Assembly: GCF_014647155.1 (NCBI RefSeq)
Contig: NZ_BMOQ01000003.1
Coordinates: 284,512 to 308,511 of the forward strand
Direction of reading: 5' to 3'
Length of the DNA: 24,000 nucleotides
Source: Halarchaeum nitratireducens
GTDB lineage: Archaea > Halobacteriota > Halobacteria > Halobacteriales > Halobacteriaceae
In this document: one piece after another, positions 15,062 through 23,643 of the stretch
Layout of the letters: the number at the start of each line of letters is the position of its first letter
Numbering within the stretch: the first letter of the stretch is position 1
Notes under the pieces: model-generated
The model's database searches: none
Seen by the model: only the letters and a program-made list of their open reading frames with translations
What the model was told of the DNA's origin: nothing
Program-made: the position numbers and the translations under genes

Positions 15062-16735
15062 TCACGCACCGTCGAGCCGCGGGACGGTGACGGTGACTTC
15101 GGTCCCGGTCGGGTCCCGATCGTTGAACTCCGTCCGACCGTCGGCGATCTCCGTGCCCCAGCGGACGATCCAGAGGCCGAGCCCACTCCCGTGTCGAAGC
15201 GCGCTCTCGCCGCCGTCGCGGATGACGTCGGTCTCCTGGGCGTCGATCCCGGGGCCGTCGTCGGCGATGACGACCGTGACGTCGTCGGCGTCGGCGCGGG
15301 TCTCGATCATCACGGTGCGTTCGTCGCCCTCGTTGTGCGTCGCGGCGTTCTCGATCAGGTTGTCGAAGACGGCGGCGAGGACGCTCGCGACCGCGATGTG
15401 ATCGGCGGGCCGATCGTACGACACGTCGATGTCGGGGTACGACTCGCGGACGGCCTCGACGCACTCGTCGAGGATGACGGCGAGCGGTCGGGCGGTGTGC
15501 GTCCCGCGCGTCCGCTCGAAGAGCTCGACGGCCTGTCGGCCCTTCTCGCCGACCGCTTCGATGCGCTCGGCGCGCTCTTGGACGATCCGGCTGGCGTCGC
15601 CGTCAGCGAAGCGCTCGGCGTAGCCGTGGATGACGTTCGTCTCCGTGCGGATGTTGTGACGCAGGATGCGGTTGAGCACCTCCAGGCGCTGGCGCTGTCT
15701 GACGTACGTGCTGACGTCGTGGAACGTGACGATGGAGCCGATGTGGCGGTCGTGGACGTCGGTTACGTCCGTGACCGCTGCGTCGTACGTCCGCCCGTCG
15801 TCGTCGCCGAGCCGCAGGTGTCCGGCCGTGCTTTCGTCGCGTAGGTGGTCGTACTCGGGGACGATCCGCTCGACGGGCTCGCCGAGCACCGCCCCCCGCG
15901 GAATGCCGAGGGCGTCGATCGCGTAGCCGTTCGCGTCGACGACGTGCCCGTCCGTGTCGAGGACGATCGCGCCCTCGCGCATCCCGTCGAAGACGAGCCT
16001 GCGGGCGCGACGCCGCGGTGCGGGGTTCGTTTCGAGGAGCTGATAGCGGGTGATCGCGCCGAGGTAGGCGACGCCGGAGACGGCGAAGGCGATCGGCGTC
16101 GGGTCGACGCCCCCCGTCCCGAAGGCGCCGAGGAGGAAGCCGACGTTCGTCACCCACGGGGCGGCCAGTCCGATCAGGAGCGTGATGCCCTGCCCGCGGA
16201 AGGCGATCGCGTCGCTCGTGACGAGTTCGACGATCGCCGCGACGCCGAAGAGCCCGAGGAGGTACGTGTAGCCCGCGACGACGGCGTACCACGGTCCGCC
16301 CTGCTCGAAGTGGACGACGTCGCCCGGCCCGGTGGTGTACGACTCGACGACGAGCAGGTCGTGGCCGCCGAACGCGGCGAGCACCACCGTGATCGCGGGC
16401 ACGATGGCGAGCGCCGCGACGTACGGCGCGCGTAGATAGCGATCCCGGCCGGTGTATTCGAGCGCGAAGCAGAGCCACGCCACGGGGACGCAGACAACGC
16501 CGATCCACCCGAGCTGCAGCCACTGGAGCTTCGCGGGGATCGTGTCGGCTTGGAGGCGAAAGACGATGCACGTAGACCACCACGCCTGTGCGGCGAGGAG
16601 CGCGACGAGCGGTAACGCCCCCGGCTTGGGCCGCTCCCGCCACGCGAGGATCGCGGCCCCCGTCCCGACGGCGATCGAGACGAGCAGGAGCGTGGTGAGC
16701 AACACAGTATTACGGCCGGAGATAAGCCACCACAC
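15062..16735 (-). CDS. Sensor histidine kinase: N-terminal multi-TM sensor (HisKA_7TM-like), PAS, dimerisation/H-box, HATPase_c
   Basis: Six to seven hydrophobic helices in the first ~230 aa. PAS-like segment (FDGMREGAIVLDTDGHVVDAN). H-box LEVLNRILRHNIRTETNVIHGY. ATPase boxes NLIENAATHN, DDGPGI, GSGLGLWIV. Confidence 0.92.
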   Translation of the reverse strand: MWWLISGRNTVLLTTLLLVSIAVGTGAAILAWRERPKPGALPLVALLAAQAWWSTCIVFRLQADTIPAKLQWLQLGWIGVVCVPVAWLCFALEYTGRDRYLRAPYVAALAIVPAITVVLAAFGGHDLLVVESYTTGPGDVVHFEQGGPWYAVVAGYTYLLGLFGVAAIVELVTSDAIAFRGQGITLLIGLAAPWVTNVGFLLGAFGTGGVDPTPIAFAVSGVAYLGAITRYQLLETNPAPRRRARRLVFDGMREGAIVLDTDGHVVDANGYAIDALGIPRGAVLGEPVERIVPEYDHLRDESTAGHLRLGDDDGRTYDAAVTDVTDVHDRHIGSIVTFHDVSTYVRQRQRLEVLNRILRHNIRTETNVIHGYAERFADGDASRIVQERAERIEAVGEKGRQAVELFERTRGTHTARPLAVILDECVEAVRESYPDIDVSYDRPADHIAVASVLAAVFDNLIENAATHNEGDERTVMIETRADADDVTVVIADDGPGIDAQETDVIRDGGESALRHGSGLGLWIVRWGTEIADGRTEFNDRDPTGTEVTVTVPRLDGA

Positions 16736-16763
16736 CCATATGAATCAACCGCCGACGGGCGAG

Positions 16764-16770
16764 AAATAAA
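16764..16770 (-). promoter_or_regulatory. TATA box (minus strand TTTATTT) for the histidine kinase gene
   Basis: Centred about 30 nt upstream of the GTG at 16735, which implies a leaderless or near-leaderless transcript. Confidence 0.5.
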
Positions 16771-16810
16771 CGTTTCAGTCAGGCAACTGGACGCGGTGTC
16801 AGCGCCTGAC

Positions 16811-17752
16811 TCAGAACCCGACCGCGCCGAGCACGACGACGACGGCCACGACGAGGAGGTGTTTCGCCTCGCCGGCGATGGCGAGTCGCCCGTACCGTTC
16901 GGTCCGCCCGACGAACCACGCGAGACAGAGCGCGTAGGCGAGTCCGACGAGGATCCCGACGGTCATCGCCGCGTCGAGGACGCCCGCGTAGAACGCGAGC
17001 GCGATCCCCGCGACGAGGCAGAGATCGAGCGCGTAGAGGACGTGTCGAGTGCGGCGAACGCCGAAGACGACGGGGAGCGTCGAGACGCCGTTCGCGGCGT
17101 CGCCCTCCCGATCACGGAGGTTCGGGATCTCCGTGTTGACGAAGGTGTCGAGGAAGAAGTAGCCGAAGATGACGGCGGCCGTCGGCGTGAACGCCCGGTC
17201 CGCGTAGGCGAGCGGGAGGCAGACGACGCAGACCGCCCACGCGAGCGCGACGACCGCGGAGTTGACGACGAGGATCTCCTTCAGCCGACTGAAGTACCGG
17301 CCGAGCGACGGGAGCCAGTCGGAGGCGTAGAGGATCCAGAACGCGCCCGGGATGAGCGCGATGGCGAGCGCCGTCGGCCCGCCGAGGATCGAGAGGGCGA
17401 CGGCGAGTCCGTACGCCGCCGCGGTCCCGATCGAGAACAGCCGGCGGTAGCGCGTGACGAACGCCGCCCGCTCCGGGCTCGTCGCGGCGTCCGCCTCCGC
17501 GTCAGCGATCCGATCGCCGACGTACACGGCGAACGTGAGCAGCGCGATGACGAGCGGCGCCGGACTCAGGGGGAGCGAGAGCGCGATCATCGTCGTGGCG
17601 ACTTCGACCCCGGCGATGAACACGAGATACGCCGAACTGTACACCAGCGCGTTTTTCGCTCGCACCCCGTACGCAAAGAGGGCCGCGAGCGTGCTGTACA
17701 CCGATCGTGTGCCGTCCCACGCGAGAGACGGGCTGTCGGTTTGACTTGACAT
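16811..17752 (-). CDS. UbiA-family integral membrane prenyltransferase
   Basis: Only the last 313 codons of the 617-aa track ORF look like protein (MSSQTDSPSLAWD...). About 8 hydrophobic helices. Asp-rich motifs YVGDRIADAEAD and NLRDREGDAANG. Confidence 0.85.
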   Translation of the reverse strand: MSSQTDSPSLAWDGTRSVYSTLAALFAYGVRAKNALVYSSAYLVFIAGVEVATTMIALSLPLSPAPLVIALLTFAVYVGDRIADAEADAATSPERAAFVTRYRRLFSIGTAAAYGLAVALSILGGPTALAIALIPGAFWILYASDWLPSLGRYFSRLKEILVVNSAVVALAWAVCVVCLPLAYADRAFTPTAAVIFGYFFLDTFVNTEIPNLRDREGDAANGVSTLPVVFGVRRTRHVLYALDLCLVAGIALAFYAGVLDAAMTVGILVGLAYALCLAWFVGRTERYGRLAIAGEAKHLLVVAVVVVLGAVGF

Positions 17753-17997
17753 GTCGTTCGCGTGGCGACCGCGACGAGCGACCCCGCCACGGCCGCCACC
17801 GGACAGAGGAGAGCCACGAGCGTCAAACGCCGGCCTGACGCGTGCGGTCCGGGGCGCTGGCCGCCGTGTCTCCCCTCGATCCACCCGCACCGCCGTCGTC
17901 CCGACCCGTCGCCGGCGCGCCACTCCCGCCGTGACCGACGGCGACGACCGAGACGCCGGAATTCGGGTTTTCACGCCCGCACACGCCGACCAGCGTC

Positions 17998-18004
17998 CTT
18001 TTAC
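17998..18004 (+). promoter_or_regulatory. TATA-like box (CTTTTAC) for minD
   Basis: Centred about 28 nt upstream of the ATG at 18029. Confidence 0.4.
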
Positions 18005-18028
18005 GCGCCGGCGTCGGAGAGGTAGCAA

Positions 18029-18826
18029 ATGGTCGAAGCGTTCGCCGTCGCCAGCGGCAAGGGCGGCACGGGGAAGACGACGAGCACGCTCGCGCTCGGG
18101 CTGGCGCTCGCCGAGACGTACGACGTGACGGTCGTCGACGCCGACACCGGGATGGCGAACCTCCTCTTCCACGCCGGCCTGGACGACGCCGACGTCACCC
18201 TCCACGATCTCCTGCTCGGCGAGCGCGACATCCCGGTCGCCGACGCGTGTTACGAGCGCTTCGGGCTCACCGTCGTCCCCTGCGGCACAGACCTCGCGGG
18301 ATTCCGCGAGGCCGATCCCACGCGCCTGCACGACGTCATCGCCGAACTCGCCGCCGACACCGACGTCCTCCTCCTCGATTCGCCGGCGGCGCTCGACTCC
18401 GCCGCCTCCGTCCTCCCCATCGTCCTCGCTGATCGCGTCGTCCTCGTCACGCAGCCGACGGATCTGGCACTCTCTGTCGCTCTCAAGGTCCAGGAGTACG
18501 CGATGTCGTACGGGACGGGGGTCGCCGGCGTCCTCTTCACCGAGGTCGGGCCCGCCGACGCCATCGAACGCATCACCCCGAAGGCTGAACGCTACTTCGA
18601 GGGGCCGATCATCGGCGCGGTCCCGGACGACGACGCCGCCCGTGCCGCCCGTCGCGCCGGCCAACCCCTCCTCGCCTACGCCCCCGACAGCCCCGCCGCG
18701 GCCGCGTACCGCGACGCCGCGGCCGCGATCGACGTCGATGGGGGCGAGGTCGACGCGCTCGCCGATCGCTTCCGCAGCGCTGTCATCCCCGACCCAGTCA
18801 AACCGATAGACAGCAACCGATTATAA
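18029..18826 (+). CDS. minD: MinD/ParA-family P-loop ATPase (archaeal MinD homolog)
   Basis: Deviant Walker A VASGKGGTGKTTST, Walker B-type VLLLDSPA, and VVDADTGMANL. Confidence 0.9.
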   Translation: MVEAFAVASGKGGTGKTTSTLALGLALAETYDVTVVDADTGMANLLFHAGLDDADVTLHDLLLGERDIPVADACYERFGLTVVPCGTDLAGFREADPTRLHDVIAELAADTDVLLLDSPAALDSAASVLPIVLADRVVLVTQPTDLALSVALKVQEYAMSYGTGVAGVLFTEVGPADAIERITPKAERYFEGPIIGAVPDDDAARAARRAGQPLLAYAPDSPAAAAYRDAAAAIDVDGGEVDALADRFRSAVIPDPVKPIDSNRL

Positions 18827-18829
18827 GAC

Positions 18830-19309
18830 TCATAGTGCCTCCATTTCGGCCCTCTCCCGTTCATAATCCGCGTCCATCTCCAGAAGAATCCCCCGTGAAG
18901 ATGCGTATGGAGATGAGTGACGCGACGGCGCGGACTGAGCGAATGCCCGAATACGTCGGAGACGAGGTTCCCCGGGGTGTTGGGTCTGCTCGACTCGTGT
19001 CGCGATCCGGAGTGTGTTCCCGATAGCGGTTCGTATGTGTTCTTCGATGCTCGTGAGTGCGACTGTGCACGCCCGCTCGTCTGCATCCGTGAGTGGCAGG
19101 TCACTGTCGGGATCACCGCGCGAGAGCGTCGTCGCCTCCTCGGGCGTCGGCGCGACCGCTCGTGCGCCCGCGACAGTGAGCGCCGTCTCGTCGAGGAGGA
19201 AGACACTCCCGGCCTCGCTCGCGTCCACGACGAGCGGTCGTGTGGTGGTATTCGGCTGGAGGCGACACGGTGCGTCGATACGGCGCTCACGGATCGCGTC
19301 GAACAGCAC
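18830..19309 (-). CDS. Orphan hypothetical ORF (159 aa, GTG start) in a lower-GC segment; possibly decayed or not coding
   Basis: This is the most protein-like of the six frames here (RPLVVDASEAGSVFLLDETALTV..., TSIEEHIRTAIGNTLRIATRVEQ). The C-terminal third is Ser/Pro/Arg-rich and not halophile-like. I recognise no domain. Confidence 0.3.
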   Translation of the reverse strand: MLFDAIRERRIDAPCRLQPNTTTRPLVVDASEAGSVFLLDETALTVAGARAVAPTPEEATTLSRGDPDSDLPLTDADERACTVALTSIEEHIRTAIGNTLRIATRVEQTQHPGEPRLRRIRAFAQSAPSRHSSPYASSRGILLEMDADYERERAEMEAL

Positions 19310-19515
19310 TGTCCTCGCGTCGCCCGTATAGATCGTCGCACCGTTCTATCGGAAATATATGTTCCAGTTGTGGCTAATATGGAAGTAGAATAGCTGTCGG
19401 CGAGGATACTCTCACGTGGGAGGAGAGACGACGAGTAGCCGACGACCCTTTCCGCTAAAAGGAGTGGTTTCACGGCCGTTGGTGCTGCTCGTACCACCGG
19501 GATGCGTCTCTCGCC

Positions 19516-20628
19516 CTAATCGTCCGCGGGGCTCTCGGCCTCCGGCGGGACGCCGAGCGGTTCCTTCGGGGTGATCGGCTCGCCGGACTCCTTGCCCTGT
19601 GCGGCGAGCGCCATGCTGCCGAGGACCTCGATGATGAGGCGGTTGGCGAGGCCGGAGGTGATGCCGCCGTTGTAGGAGTTGGTGTCGCTCGTGTCGTAGG
19701 CGGGCGAGACCTCGACGACGTCGAAGCCGAAGGCCTCGGGGTCGAGCTCCTTCACGCACTCTCGGACCATGTAGATCGCCTCGCGGGGAATGAGGCCGCC
19801 GGGCTCGGGTTCGCCGGTACCGGGCGCGTACGCGGGCTCCATGACGTCGACGTCGAAGGAGATCCAGACGGCGTCCGTGCCGTCGGTCGCGCGGCGGACG
19901 GCGTCCGCGACGATCTCGGAGAGGTCCATCGCGGCGACGTCGTCGGCGGTGTACCACTTCATGCCGGCGTCGCGCATGTCGCGGTAGGTGTCGGGACCCG
20001 GCCAGAAGCCGCGCGGTCCGATGAGCGTGTAGTTCTCGCCGGCCATGATGCCCTCGTCGTAGACCCGTTTGACCCACGCGCCGTGATCGTACTCGAAGCC
20101 GGTGAGACCGTCGTCGCCCGTGTCCGCGTGACAGTCGAAGTGAATGAGGCCGATGTCCTCGTAGCCGTTGGCCTCCGCCCACCCCTTGATGTCGGGGTAG
20201 CTGATCGAGTGGTCGCCGCCGATGACGACGGGCGTCGCCTGCTCGCTGATCTCCGCGACGGCGTCCTCGATGTTCAACTGGCTCCCTCGGGTGTCGCCCG
20301 GCGAGACGGTCGCGTCGCCGGTGTCCGCGACGCTGAAGTGATCGAAGGGGTCGACGCCGGTCTCGATGTTGAAGTGCTCGTAGGGCGGCGAGGGGACGGT
20401 GGAGGCCGCGCGGACCGCACGCGGGCCGTAGCGCGTCCCCGGCCGGATCGTCGTCGCGGTGTCGAGCGGCGCGCCGAGGATGCCGACGTCGACGTCCTCC
20501 TCGTCGAGCGCGTCTCGATCGACCTCGGGGAGCTTCAGGAACGAGGGGATGCCGCTGAAGATCGGTTCGTTCGCCTCCTTGTGCGCCTCGCCGTAGATGT
20601 CCTCTCCGTCGCGTTCGTTTTCCGTCAT
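19516..20628 (-). CDS. Agmatinase/arginase-family ureohydrolase (guanidino-compound hydrolase), 370 aa
   Basis: I chose the ATG at 20628 (MTENERDG...). Mn-binding motifs VVIGGDHSISYP, LIHFDCHADTGDD and ISFDVDVMEPAYAPGTGEPEPGGL. Acidic extensions at both termini. Confidence 0.9.
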   Translation of the reverse strand: MTENERDGEDIYGEAHKEANEPIFSGIPSFLKLPEVDRDALDEEDVDVGILGAPLDTATTIRPGTRYGPRAVRAASTVPSPPYEHFNIETGVDPFDHFSVADTGDATVSPGDTRGSQLNIEDAVAEISEQATPVVIGGDHSISYPDIKGWAEANGYEDIGLIHFDCHADTGDDGLTGFEYDHGAWVKRVYDEGIMAGENYTLIGPRGFWPGPDTYRDMRDAGMKWYTADDVAAMDLSEIVADAVRRATDGTDAVWISFDVDVMEPAYAPGTGEPEPGGLIPREAIYMVRECVKELDPEAFGFDVVEVSPAYDTSDTNSYNGGITSGLANRLIIEVLGSMALAAQGKESGEPITPKEPLGVPPEAESPADD

Positions 20629-20883
20629 TGTGTGTCTTTCTCCGTTCCACGCACCGTATCGTGCGCTTCCTTCGACGATATCTCCTTTTCTATCCGGTAT
20701 GAAAAGCTTTGATTTGGATGTGTACTGTTTCGTATGCGGGATTGGTTCGTCCTCCCACCGTTCGAGTCGCCTCCTACACCTACGAGAATATAAGGTCACG
20801 CGAACGCCGTCCTCCGTCCGGTGATAGACCCGTCGCTCGGCGTATGGCGAGTCGGCACGGAGAAGAGGGCGCGGGTGGCCGAC

Positions 20884-21924
20884 TCACTCCGGAGTCGCGC
20901 CGCTGCCGTCCCGGAAGGTGAGCCGGGTGGCGACGTCGAGGGTGTCCCGGACGTGGCGGGCGTCGCCGCTGAGGGCGCAGACGGCGCGCTGGAGGCGAAG
21001 CAGGGGCTCGGGGCGCTCCGCTTCGAGGTAGTCGTTCGCGGCGTCGGTGCGCTCGCGCGCCCGATCGAGCGCCGCGCGTGCGCGTGTGACGTCGCTATAT
21101 GACGGTTCGACGACCGCGTTCCGCGCGGCGTCCGCGGCGTCGTCGATTGCGTCGGCCAGGTCGCGCAGGCGTTCGCGCGCGCCGTCGGGGATCGGCTCGC
21201 CGGTCAGCCCGGCGAGGTCCGTCGCGGCGTCCGCCATCAGGACGACGTCCTGGGCGACGGAGCGATAGCCGATCAGCGGGAACCCGGTGTCGACGCCGAC
21301 CGCGCGGTTGAGGTCGGGGTTTCGATACGTGGCGAAGAGGACGCGCAAGAGGAGGTAGAAGAGCTTGTCCACCTGCGCGTGTCGCTGCTCGATCGCGCGG
21401 GCGCGTTCCGCGTCGCCGTCGAGGAACGCCGCGAGCGCTTCGCTACGCATCGTCGTCTCCGTGCGATCGAGGCGGCCGAGGAGCGTCGGGAGTTCGAAGT
21501 CGTCGGCGGCGATCGAGCACCGGAGCGTCATCGCCTCCGCGGTCTCCTCGACGACGCCGACGCCCATCAGGCCGCGCTCGGCGTCGAGGACGGCGTCGCG
21601 GTGGCCGGGCGCGATCGGGCCGTCGTCGGTGACGTGGACGAGTCGCCGCCCGAGGACGTACTGGGCGATGACCGCCCGCCGTAGCGCGTCGGCGTCGAGG
21701 CCGCTCGCGTCCACCGTCGTCTCCGCGTCGTCGATCAGCGTGCGGTCGGGGACGACGAGGAGCGACCCGCTGCTCTCGTCGCGCTGGACGACGACGGAGT
21801 CGCCCTTCTCGACTTCGTGCTCGCGCGCCCACTCGGCGGGGAGCGTGACCGCGAGCGTCGAGGACCCGAGCTGTTGGACCTTCCGCGTGATGCGGACGTC
21901 CTCACCGGTCACGACGCCATCCAC
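20884..21924 (-). CDS. AbrB/SpoVT-domain plus PhoU-domain regulator (phosphate uptake regulator-like)
   Basis: N-terminal swapped-hairpin motif RKVQQLGSSTLAVTLPAEWAREHEVEKGDSVVV, followed by two helical PhoU-like repeats. GTG start at 21924. Confidence 0.8.
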   Translation of the reverse strand: MDGVVTGEDVRITRKVQQLGSSTLAVTLPAEWAREHEVEKGDSVVVQRDESSGSLLVVPDRTLIDDAETTVDASGLDADALRRAVIAQYVLGRRLVHVTDDGPIAPGHRDAVLDAERGLMGVGVVEETAEAMTLRCSIAADDFELPTLLGRLDRTETTMRSEALAAFLDGDAERARAIEQRHAQVDKLFYLLLRVLFATYRNPDLNRAVGVDTGFPLIGYRSVAQDVVLMADAATDLAGLTGEPIPDGARERLRDLADAIDDAADAARNAVVEPSYSDVTRARAALDRARERTDAANDYLEAERPEPLLRLQRAVCALSGDARHVRDTLDVATRLTFRDGSGATPE

Positions 21925-22068
21925 CCCGATGCTTTCTCACGAACGACCATCCATACTCGTTATAGCTGTGTGTGCTGAAACCATATACGCCTATTCGTGT
22001 CCGCGACATTCGCTATCTCGGTCCAAAAGCGAACGCGAAAGACCGCACGCTTCGAACGCGGAGGCCGA

Positions 22069-23643
22069 TCAGTCGTCCGTCGGCTCGGCGGCGGTCGTGC
22101 GGGCGCGCGACGTCCGCTCGACCTCCGCGTCCTCGGTCACCGCGGCGACGCCGACGTAGGTGACGAGCGCGAGCGCGGGCGCGATGAACGTCGGAAGGCC
22201 GTCGAACGCGGGCGTGAACCACGGGTTCTGGATGTAGAGCAGGGAGTTCGGGATCGCGTACGTCGTCGGGACGAGCGCGAACAGCACGAGGCGGGTGAGT
22301 GAGCCCGCGAGGATCGACGCGAGCGCGGCCTGTCGCGTGGCGAAGTCCGGCTTGAACAGCCCGAAGACGAACGGCACGAGCAGCGCGGCGAGCATCACGT
22401 CGAAAGCGAGCAGGAGGAGCATCCCGGTCTGGGCGACCTGGAGGGCGAAGAAGACCCCGAGCACCGTCACGGGCACCGCCATGATCCGCGTCGTCGTGAG
22501 CAGTTTGTCGGCGTCCGTGTCCACGAGGTCGTCGTCCGCGTCGGCCGCCTCGTGTTCGTCGTCGGGGGCGTTCTCGTCGACGCGGATGCCGACGACGTTC
22601 CGAGCGAGGACGGCGGACGTCCCGAGGATCGCGCCGTCGCCCGTCGAGAAGGAGGCGGCGACGATCCCCCCCAGGACGAGGATGGCGAGCCACGTCGGCA
22701 CGCCGGTCTGGAGGAGCGTGTAGAGCATCGCCTCGCTCCCGGACTGAACGCCGATCGAGGAGAGGATCGACGGCATCGAGAGCGCGACGACGGAGAACGG
22801 GATGCCGATGATGAGCGTGCCGGCGCTCCCGATGAAGCAGGCCTTCTGCGCCGTCTCCGGGTCGTCGGCGGCGAAGACGCGCTCCATGAAGTCGATGGCG
22901 ACGATGTCGCCGAGACCGAGCGCGATGATCGACGCCCAGTTGATGTACGCGCCCTGCGCGGGGTTGGTGAGCTGGCCGAACGCGGTCGGGCCCATCCCGC
23001 TCGGAACGGTGATCCCGTAGTTGGTGGCGACGTAGACGATGAGGGCGAGCGAGCCGACGAGCGCGATGCCGGCCTGAATGACGTCGGTGTACGCGACCGA
23101 GAAGAGCCCGCCGGCGACGGTGTAGCTGAAGATGATCGCGGCGATGGCGACGACGCCGATCGTGTAGTCGAAGCCGAGGAAGATCTGGAAGAGGTAGCCG
23201 CCGGCGACGAGGTTGCCGGCGAGCAGGAAAGCGTACGCGAGGAGCATGACGCCCGAGGAGAGCACCTCGACGACGCGGCCGTACTTGCGCCGGTAGAAGT
23301 CGGGGAGCGTCACGAGGTTCATCCGGTTCATCGGCTTCGCGAAGAACAGCCCCGTGAGGAACAGGCAGGTGGCGAGCCCGACGGGGAGCGCCGCGCCCGC
23401 CCAGAAGCCGGCGGACGCGACGAGGTCCGTGTTCCCGAGCGTCGCGTTCGAGTCGAGCGACTGCGCCATCAGCGTCGCCGCCGCCAGCGGGAGGATCAAC
23501 CCCCGGCCGGCGACGATGTAGTTCACGCTGTCCCCCTTCACCTTCCGGGAGACGTAGAACCCGACGCCGAGCATCACGGCGACGATCCCGATCAGCCCGA
23601 TGACGATCGGGGTCACGAGGTCCACCCCCGCTGAACCGTCCAC
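22069..23643 (-). CDS. Sodium:solute symporter (SSS) family transporter
   Basis: About 13 hydrophobic helices. N-terminal pattern VAVMLGVGFYVSRKVKGDSVNYIVAGRGL is typical of SSS. An acidic loop insertion is present (DENAPDDEHEAADADDDLVDTDAD). Start is uncertain: in-frame GTGs at 23643 or 23625, while the track TTG at 23730 adds a basic non-membrane extension. Confidence 0.88.
   Translation of the reverse strand: MDGSAGVDLVTPIVIGLIGIVAVMLGVGFYVSRKVKGDSVNYIVAGRGLILPLAAATLMAQSLDSNATLGNTDLVASAGFWAGAALPVGLATCLFLTGLFFAKPMNRMNLVTLPDFYRRKYGRVVEVLSSGVMLLAYAFLLAGNLVAGGYLFQIFLGFDYTIGVVAIAAIIFSYTVAGGLFSVAYTDVIQAGIALVGSLALIVYVATNYGITVPSGMGPTAFGQLTNPAQGAYINWASIIALGLGDIVAIDFMERVFAADDPETAQKACFIGSAGTLIIGIPFSVVALSMPSILSSIGVQSGSEAMLYTLLQTGVPTWLAILVLGGIVAASFSTGDGAILGTSAVLARNVVGIRVDENAPDDEHEAADADDDLVDTDADKLLTTTRIMAVPVTVLGVFFALQVAQTGMLLLLAFDVMLAALLVPFVFGLFKPDFATRQAALASILAGSLTRLVLFALVPTTYAIPNSLLYIQNPWFTPAFDGLPTFIAPALALVTYVGVAAVTEDAEVERTSRARTTAAEPTDD

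Noticed and set aside
17753-18664. N-terminal 300-codon extension of the UbiA ORF (617-aa track model)
   Set aside because: The extension is Arg/Gly/Asp-rich low-complexity sequence, antisense to minD and crossing the spacer. The membrane-protein signal starts only at MSSQTD (17752).
18917-19393. 158-aa plus-strand ORF in the lower-GC segment
   Set aside because: Its composition is Cys/Arg-rich and basic, which is atypical for a haloarchaeal protein. It lies antisense to the slightly more protein-like minus-frame ORF.
20629-20799. 57-codon N-terminal extension of the ureohydrolase (track start at 20799)
   Set aside because: The extension is basic (RRCRRRLERW...). It begins inside the TTATATT box that is more likely its promoter, and ureohydrolase-family similarity starts after the ATG at 20628.
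21937-21954. Mini-ORF ATGGATGGTCGTTCGTGA (MDGRS-stop), 30 nt upstream of and similar in sequence to the PhoU-like gene start GTGGATGGCGTCGTGACC
   Set aside because: It lies only about 6-10 nt downstream of the TATA-like box (21960-21965), so it is probably upstream of the transcription start. The similarity is short and needs two indels, so it is likely a chance or vestigial duplication.
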